Assembly (NCBI RefSeq): GCF_965363235.1
Contig: NC_134842.1
Span: forward strand, 34,168,757 to 34,184,504
From: Mytilus galloprovincialis
Taxonomy: Eukaryota
Direction of reading: 5' to 3'
Length of the DNA stretch: 15,748 nucleotides
In this document: piece by piece, positions 9,213 to 15,748 of the stretch
How positions within the stretch are numbered: the first letter of the stretch is position 1
How the letters are laid out: each line of letters begins with the position of its first letter
The notes under the pieces: model-generated
The model's database searches: none
Told to the model about the DNA's origin: nothing
What the model saw: only the letters and a program-made list of their open reading frames with translations
Position numbers and translations under genes: made by a program

Positions 9213-9350
9213 CATTGGGGGCCTTTGGTTTTTTTTTCTTTTTTTTTTTTATCTTTGGCTTGGTTGTTTTCACTTTGACACATTCCCAATTTCTATGCTG
9301 AATTCTATGTAGCTTCACTTATCCTTCCTCAGGGGAATTTAAAGTCTGTG
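9213..9350 (+). repeat. Dispersed short repeat (~125-140 bp), copy A, with an internal poly-T expansion.
   Basis: 'attgggggcct(t/c)gg...atctttgg(c/t)...gactttgac(a/t)cattcccaatttc(t/c)at...tgtagct(t/c)ca(c/a)tt(a/g)tcctt(c/a)cct...gtctgt' is shared with 9833..9957. Confidence 0.6.
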
Positions 9351-9832
9351 TATGGAACAACGTATTAGATATAAACGAAATAAATCTATGTAATAATGAA
9401 ATATTGTTGCACTAGGGTTTTCGATATCTCAAACTAGTCAAAACATTTATTAAATTTTACAATCGATACAAGGACTTTATTCGTAAATATAAATCAACAT
9501 GCATACATTTTAAACGTTCACGTATTTCACATCTAATCTTTTATGGTAATATTCTTTACAAAGCTGCACAAGCATGTCGACATTCAACTCAAAAGCTAAC
9601 CAAATCCTTACACAGAGTTATCAAGAAGGGATATAGTTACAATACTGTGGTCAGGTCATTAAAGATGGCATATGTTGGCTTTAATATTCAGTCACTCATA
9701 GGGTATTTGCATTGGAAATAATCACATTTATTCTAAAACCAGTTCTTTGTACGATACGGGTTATGTTTTATAATGATATGATACTTAACGCCTAACGAAA
9801 GGGAGCGTGCTTGGTATTTTCGTCATGTTTCA

Positions 9833-9957
9833 GATTGGGGGCCTCGGCTATTGTTTTATCTTTGGTCAGGTTATTATGACTTTGACTCATTCCCAATTTC
9901 CATTCTCAATTTAATGTAGCTCAATTTGTCCTTACCTGGCGGAATGTTAAGTCTGTC
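9833..9957 (+). repeat. Dispersed short repeat, copy B.
   Basis: It is homologous to 9213..9350 in the same orientation. It overlaps the 3' end of the TTG-initiated ORF 9874..10071(-). Confidence 0.6.
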
Positions 9958-11202
9958 TAAATACTCATCTGTTATGTAAATATCAGGCGTCCATGGTTCA
10001 TCGTACATCTTTTTGTTTTTGCTTGCAACTTCCTTGCGTAGATATCCATGAACATTTCTTTCCGATATCAAGCTATGACTCCTGTCTGTCTCAATGTTAT
10101 GAATCTTTATACTGCAAGAAGTAGGAATAGCGTTCTCTGCGTTTTGAATATCGATGGGTTAATGCAACAATCTCGTATCTAGAAAGTTGTGACTTTTCAG
10201 AAACCGACATACAAAGTTTGACTGTAAATGTAAATTCTATTTTAATACAGAAATGTATCAAATTAACATAGATTGCTAAAATAGACATAGTTACTATCCT
10301 TTTATAATTTGATGCTAATTGGTTGTCAGATAAAAGATATAATTGCACTTGAAACGTTTAACGGATATATGCATTCCATAATGATTAAACAGTAATACAG
10401 ATGTTTGTGTCACAAGGTCATTACTAGTGATAACAGATTTGAGCTTGTGTGGTATATCAAATTCTAAATGTTGTTTGGTAAGCATCATTGCATTTGCAAG
10501 CGATAAGAGATTGTTGAATTTGAAAAACGAATTAATATAACTAATTATTTTTTATTTGTTTTGAATTATATACTGTGAATAAATTCAAAATAACACTTGA
10601 TATAATTAAAAAGATGATATAAATACAGGGAAAACTATACACAAAGTAATCATAGAAAGTGAATTAAAAATAATATATAATTATTCATAAACAACATTAT
10701 TTTTTTTGACAAATTATTTTCCAATCATTTTTTTTTTGTTTGTTTTAAAAGGTTACATTATTTTAAAGAATTTATGGTAAAGGATCCTTTTTATTTTTAT
10801 AATAAATACTATTATTTTCTGAAACACATGATGAAATTATATACACATAAAGAAATTGAATTTATTAATGTATTGTTTGAAGTAGTGCACTGAATCTTAA
10901 AGAAGAAAAGACAAAAATTCCAATAAAGAAAGATCGAATGTTGTTAATAAAACAAAATATAGTAATTTTTAATTCGATATAAGTGACAATTAGACTAAAA
11001 TAATTCCATGTACTTGATCACAATCAAATATAACACAGCAACAATCAATGAGTTTCCTAAGGTTACGTGAATGGAAAATGAAATGCATAATTCACTATAT
11101 CAGTTAATGTTATAAATGTCGCAATTGTTCTTCTTCCTAATATTCCCTTAAGTTGTATTAATATAACTGATAAACCAAGATTGTTAGATTGTATTTGTTT
11201 GG

Positions 11203-11298
11203 AAGACAACTGATGCAGTTTCCAGTCTTAATCATTATTCTTTTTCGGAGAAGACAACTGATGCAGTTTCCAGTCTTAATCATTATTCTTTTTCGGAG
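11203..11298. repeat. Perfect 48-bp tandem duplication (2 copies: 11203-11250 and 11251-11298).
   Basis: 'aagacaactgatgcagtttccagtcttaatcattattctttttcggag' occurs twice, identical. On the minus strand it encodes '...PKKNND*' including the stop of ORF 11276..11512. Confidence 0.9.
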
Positions 11299-11512
11299 TC
11301 AATTTCATCCTCCTCAACATCGGATCTGGGAGTATATTTGGTGTTTTGTCGTCAGATTTTAATCCTTTGTAGAGGCTGTGGTACTCTCTTGGAATAACAC
11401 TAGTTTTACAAAGATTCAGTAAATCTTTCTTTTTAGCAGCATATCTCTTCCGTATCTCCATTAAATTAACGGGACGACCTTTTCTCGTCTGTTCTTTCAC
11501 TCTCGTTGACAT
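11276..11512 (-). CDS. Hypothetical small basic protein or exon (78 aa, Lys/Arg-rich), immediately downstream (minus sense) of the 45-bp minisatellite.
   Basis: There is a true ATG (plus 'cat' at 11510-11512, with 'gttgaCATcag'). It is open for 78 codons in AT-rich DNA. It is +1-frame relative to the minus-strand repeat ORF 11466..11795. There is no recognisable domain. Confidence 0.2.
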   Translation of the reverse strand: MSTRVKEQTRKGRPVNLMEIRKRYAAKKKDLLNLCKTSVIPREYHSLYKGLKSDDKTPNILPDPMLRRMKLTPKKNND

Positions 11513-12175
11513 CAGCCTGTTTGATAGTTGATTCTGTAACAGGGTTTACAGTGACATTAGCCTGTTGAATAGTTGATTCCGTATCAGGGTTTACAGTGAC
11601 ATCAGTCCGTTGGATAGTTGATTCCGTATTAGGGTTTACAGTGATATCAGCCTGTTGGATAGTTGATTCCGTATCAGCATTTACAGTGACATCAGCCTGT
11701 TGGATAGTTGATTCCGTATCAGCATTTACAGTGACATCAGCCTGTTGGATAGTTGATTCTGTATCAGGCTTTACAGTGACATTAGCCTGTTGCATAGTTG
11801 ATTCCGTATCAGCATTTACAGTGACATCAGCCTGTTGGATAGTTGATTCTGTATCAGGCTTTACAGTGACATTAGCCTGTTGAATAGTTGATTCCGTATC
11901 AGGGTTTACAGTGACATCAGCTCATAGGATAGTTGATTCCGTATTAGGGTTTACAGTGATATCAGCCTGTTGGATAGTTGAATCCGTAGCAAGGTTTACA
12001 GTGACATCAGCCTGTTGGATAGTTGATTTCGTATCTGGGTTTACAGTGACATCAGCCTGTTGGATAGTTGATACCGTATCAGGATATACAGTGACATCAG
12101 CCTGTTGGATAGTTTATTCCGTATCAGGGTTTACAGTGACATCGGCCTGTTGGATAGTTTATTCCGTATCAAAGT
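11506..12175. repeat. Minisatellite: 45-bp unit x ~15 copies (unit 'gtgacatcagcctgttggatagttgattccgtatcagggtttaca').
   Basis: The period was measured directly ('gtga(c/t)atcag' at 11641 and 11686). Copies are 85-100% identical. It is open in frame on the minus strand (15-aa repeat TESTIQQADVTVNPD) and on the plus strand (WIVDSVSGFTVTSAC). Confidence 0.9.
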
Positions 12176-14820
12176 TTCCTCCAAGTTATCATCTGAGGAC
12201 CACTATATGTCTGCCATATTCTTTTTTATATCTACAACAGATACGAAATGTAATGCAGATATTTTCTTTCAAACATTTTTCCTTAAACATATATAATCTA
12301 GTATTATTATATTAAATGTTACATAATTTTTGTATATATGAAATAATCGTGTACAAGTGTTTTGTATTTGAAATGCTTAAAATAGTAAATAGATATATAT
12401 TTTCTTACATACTTATGCAGCTTATTTATCTTTTAAAAAAAGTCATATGTTACGATTTATTTTTTGCATTTAAAAAATATATACTTAATTTGTATGTTTC
12501 ATTAAAAAATTGATTCATTTTTCAATATACTACTTTTTCCGTATAAACTTACCAAATAATATCTGTAGGCATACATTTTTTTCTTTTTCTTTTTTCTCTT
12601 GTCTCAAATAATATAGATGCGACTGCAAAAACAAAACAAAAAACATGCGCTTATTGTTACTAACGAAATTTACAAAGATACAAACATCTTTAATTTATTA
12701 TCTTTTTAAATATTTTTCTCTAAGAAACAGCTAGGTTTAATAAATTGTACGGTAAATAATTATGTTATGTTATAATTTCAATTTAAAAACGTAAATTAAA
12801 ATGTAAAAGTTATTAAAGTATAATTGAATTAAAAATTAATTATCTATCTTAATATGCATTATTTTTAAACAAAATATACAAACCTTTTTTTCTAATTTGC
12901 AGCTTTTTTGCTGAATATCAAAATTCCATGTCAAAACCCATCATCAATCAAAACAATTACTTGGTTTAATCTCAGTTGATGTTTATATTATCTAATATGA
13001 GGTCATGCCAGTAACATTTAATTGACCTTGCTTGTTTGATAACCTGCTGATATTCACATTTCTTTAACAGCTGCAATACATTATCTGATGTTGTGGGGGA
13101 AATGGTTTTAGGTGTTGAAATAAATAAATCAAAATGTCAATTGCAATATGAAGGTAGTACTTGTTACAGTGTTGAGGCATATACATTTTCATACATTGTT
13201 TGTTAATAGGAATGCAACACACCTTATAGTTAGATATTTTGTTGAGGCGCTTGGTGCAAGCTATTTAATTTTAAGAATAAATCGTTCATTCTTATAGTAA
13301 TACGAGATAAGTCGTTCATGTTGGCATACTTTCGTTATCAAACTTATAATAGATTGATGAACATGTCAATTAAAAATTTGTTTTATGACCAATTGCTCTA
13401 AAAAATTTCGGGAATATTATATAATACTTTTGTCTTTAAAAAATCATATAATCTCAAAACTGCAAAATTTTGAGTTAAGAGGTTGATGCATTAACCCCTC
13501 GATATGGATTCGTTGAATTTCGTCTGTAGACAGATCGTTACTCTTTGAAGACTTCTTATTCACAAAGTCGTTCACAAAGATGACTGAATGATACTGAGAG
13601 TAACTACTGTATAATTCTTTTCGTACCTGAGTAATCTTACTCTGGTACCATACATTTCTCAATAAACTTGTATTTGTTGATATTTTCTTGGTAAAATAAC
13701 CGTATACATTTTGGTTGGACATTGTTGTATTGATAGATTTTTCAGCTGTATACTGAAAAATATAACGCTTAAGTTACAGGCAAACATTGTAATTATAATG
13801 TTCTTATGTATTAAAAAGAAAAATAAGATGACGTTTTTCAAGTCAACAGACTATACTAGAAATTTTGGTCACTTAATCATTGATCAATTAGGATGTGACA
13901 TGACGCCAAATTTTTATACATCCCGAAAAGCCAAACGGAAGTCAACTGCTTTCAATTTTTTTAAGATTTAGATTTGTGTTACAACAACCCAAACATAATT
14001 CAGAACATATAAGTGGAATCACATATAAGCGACCTTAATCTTGTTAAAATCATGGTAAATACAAAAAGGCAAAAATTAATAAAACACCACCAAGGAGAAC
14101 TTATTTGTTCATGGAAGGTATAAGATCAGACCTAGAATCATATCGCAAGCAATTCAAGGAAGACAGTAGTAAGAACGACGTTGAAGCATTGTGATATCCG
14201 TTTAACACTAAGGAACGAAACAATTGTGAGGAGCATACCTTCTAAACAGATTGTAACAAGATGGAACTTTCCCTGGACGACAACAGAAAGAAAACATAGA
14301 TTGTTAAATAAAGTCACAAATCAGAAAACAACAACACCGATAGATATTAAACATTACAGGTCAGATTTTCTTAGGAAGAGTTTCCTATAGATTACAATAA
14401 AAATATTGAAGACTGTACCAGGAATTATCAAACAACTGACAAGTATCAACTCACACATATATACAGGGACCGGAGATTAGAATATACAACACATCAATAA
14501 ATACAGGATCAGTACCCTCCAACTGGTTTGTCGGAAATACTATCAACATTTTTTTAAAGGGATACAAAACAGGTCAACCAAACAACCGACCTGTTTCCCT
14601 TACGTCTGTACAATGTAAAATTACTCTTTAGTGCACTATGGACCATTTATATGGAAATAAATTCCTGCCATCATAACAGTTTGAATTTCGAAAGTACCAC
14701 TGATGTGAACAGCAACTCACCAGCACTGCTAAAGATCAACGCAAATAAGAGATCAGAAACGCTAAGCAAATACAGTTCGAAGAGACCGGACGCAAGTATA
14801 AACGCCCGTTGTTTATGTTT

Positions 14821-14850
14821 GACGCCGGAAGTATACCTATGACGTCACGT
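14821..14850. promoter_or_regulatory. CpG-containing motif cluster: ETS-like CCGGAAGT (14825-14832) and a perfect palindromic CRE TGACGTCA (14840-14847).
   Basis: These motifs lie in the only CpG-enriched stretch of the window ('gacgcaagtataaacgcccgtt...gacgccggaagtatacctatgacgtcacgtag'). They match textbook CREB/ATF and ETS sites. The function is untested. Confidence 0.2.
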
Positions 14851-14959
14851 AGTGTAGGGACCAAAGAAGATAACATTTTTTCGCGGATTTTTTTTTAATG
14901 AAGATTTTACACTGAAATTATGATTGAAATTTAATTATGAACTTGTTTTGCATTAGAAT

Positions 14960-15127
14960 AGAGATAACTGTATTGTATTTGAAGCTTTGCGGACGTCCAT
15001 CGGTAGTTTTACTGTCGCAAATACCCGTTTACCTGTTTCCGCTCCGCGTCGCCAGGTAAACTAAATTTGCGACAGTAAAACTACCGATGGACGTCCGCAA
15101 AGCTTCAAATACAATACAGTTATCTCT
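14960..15127. repeat. Perfect long inverted repeat or hairpin: 63-bp arms (14960-15022 and 15065-15127, 100% complementary) and a 42-bp spacer that holds an inner 8-bp stem (tttacctg 15027-15034 / caggtaaa 15053-15060).
   Basis: Arm 'agagataactgtattgtatttgaagctttgcggacgtccatcggtagttttactgtcgcaaat' is followed downstream by its exact reverse complement. No clear target-site duplication flanks it (left '...gaat', right 'taaa...'). Confidence 0.9.
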
Positions 15128-15748
15128 TAAATGACATTTAATCTATTCAGTCTGAATATGGTTATACTGACCAGTTTACCTTGAATTATATTTTTAGAAT
15201 CTTGATAAATGCTATATATCTTTATGGAAAATACAGTTGTATATAATTTTCTCACATTATATCAATAGAATAAGCAAGATTTGGTTAGATTATTTGATTG
15301 ATTGAAAGGAGAAATGTGAATCGGTATGCATGATAACTACAACTAATTAATCATAAAATGCGTTAAAGACATTAAAGATTGATGAATAATCATTATTGAA
15401 TAATCTTAAATAATAGATAATAACTGAGTGAAAGGATATAAAACTGAACGAAAGAGTTTTACTTGTGTATAAATAGGAAGTAGCTAAATGGCTAAATATT
15501 TATTTTAAAGCTTAATTTTTTGAGCCTTTAAGGGAAACATTTTTTGTATGTTTAGTGTTTGTTCGTATAAAGATTTCATATCGTAAACATTGAACACAAA
15601 AGTTATAAATTCATGTTGATCTTCAAGTTGATATTTGATGTAGCCATATGGTATACAAATAATCTTGTGCCCTCAAATTAACACTTCATGTAAGCAAAGA
15701 CACTTGAAAAAAATGTATTATGTAGTTTTAAAATTTAGATACAAATTT

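Noticed and set aside
9874-10158. Minus-strand ORF (listed 65 aa, open frame about 95 aa) with a weak 25-aa resemblance (NV[HY]GY[LF].K...W) to minus ORF 13444..13722
   Set aside because: The listed start codon is TTG, not ATG (plus 10069-10071 = 'caa'). The 3' third of the ORF lies inside dispersed repeat copy B. The similarity to the other ORF is about 7/25 identities in K/N/Y-rich sequence, within chance expectation.
10540-10990. Extremely AT-rich (more than 85% AT) low-complexity tract
   Set aside because: There is no periodicity and no conserved motif. This is ordinary AT-rich intergenic DNA. A MAR/SAR-like function cannot be assessed from sequence alone.
11596-12315. Plus-strand ORFs through the 45-bp minisatellite (WIVDSVSGFTVTSAC repeats)
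   Set aside because: The frame is open only because the repeat length is a multiple of 3. The peptide is hydrophobic and Cys/Trp-rich with no start context. The minus-strand reading is at least as plausible. Both readings are kept only as a question under the findings.
1-15748. Search for tRNA genes, rRNA, CRISPR arrays or prokaryotic defence-style operons
   Set aside because: No GGTTCGAATCC-type T-arm with a matching acceptor stem was found; the 'actcgaatcc' in the SINE-like element is part of the ribozyme helix I and not a tRNA. There are no repeat-spacer arrays. The gene density and signals (splice sites, AATAAA, satellites) are eukaryotic, so a prokaryotic-system interpretation does not apply.

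Overview
This window is AT-rich (about 30-35% GC) and looks like eukaryotic, most likely metazoan, genomic DNA. There are no operon-like gene strings, no Shine-Dalgarno-type organisation and no CRISPR array. The splice-acceptor architecture, the satellite and minisatellite content and a metazoan-style type-I hammerhead motif all point the same way. A bivalve or other lophotrochozoan origin is plausible, but that is inference only. No prokaryotic-style defence locus is present.

The single unambiguous gene is an intronless 727-aa ORF on the minus strand (5912..8095). It encodes a Mab-21 / cGAS-like nucleotidyltransferase with the GS motif, the D-x-D catalytic pair, a third Asp 90 residues downstream and the Mab-21 'EWRLSFS' signature. 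It carries a C-terminal helical extension of about 300 aa of unknown function.

The rest of the window is repeat-dominated:
- Two well-conserved copies (1533..1690, 4603..4758) and two degenerate copies (inside a 321-bp tandem duplication at 5237..5879) of a ~156-bp SINE-like element. Its minus strand carries a complete minimal type-I hammerhead ribozyme motif (CUGAUGA - helix II - GAAA - CGCGCG - UC).
- A composite satellite block (2940..4610) with five ~166-bp monomers.
- A 45-bp x 15 minisatellite (11506..12175) that keeps frames open on both strands.
- A perfect 48-bp tandem duplication spanning a stop codon (11203..11298).
- A perfect 63-bp-arm inverted repeat (14960..15127) next to a CpG-containing CRE/ETS motif cluster.

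A possible terminal coding exon with a textbook 3' splice site lies at 290..392. Most other ORFs in the supplied track look like noise or repeat-derived. At least one of them (9874..10071) starts on TTG rather than ATG.
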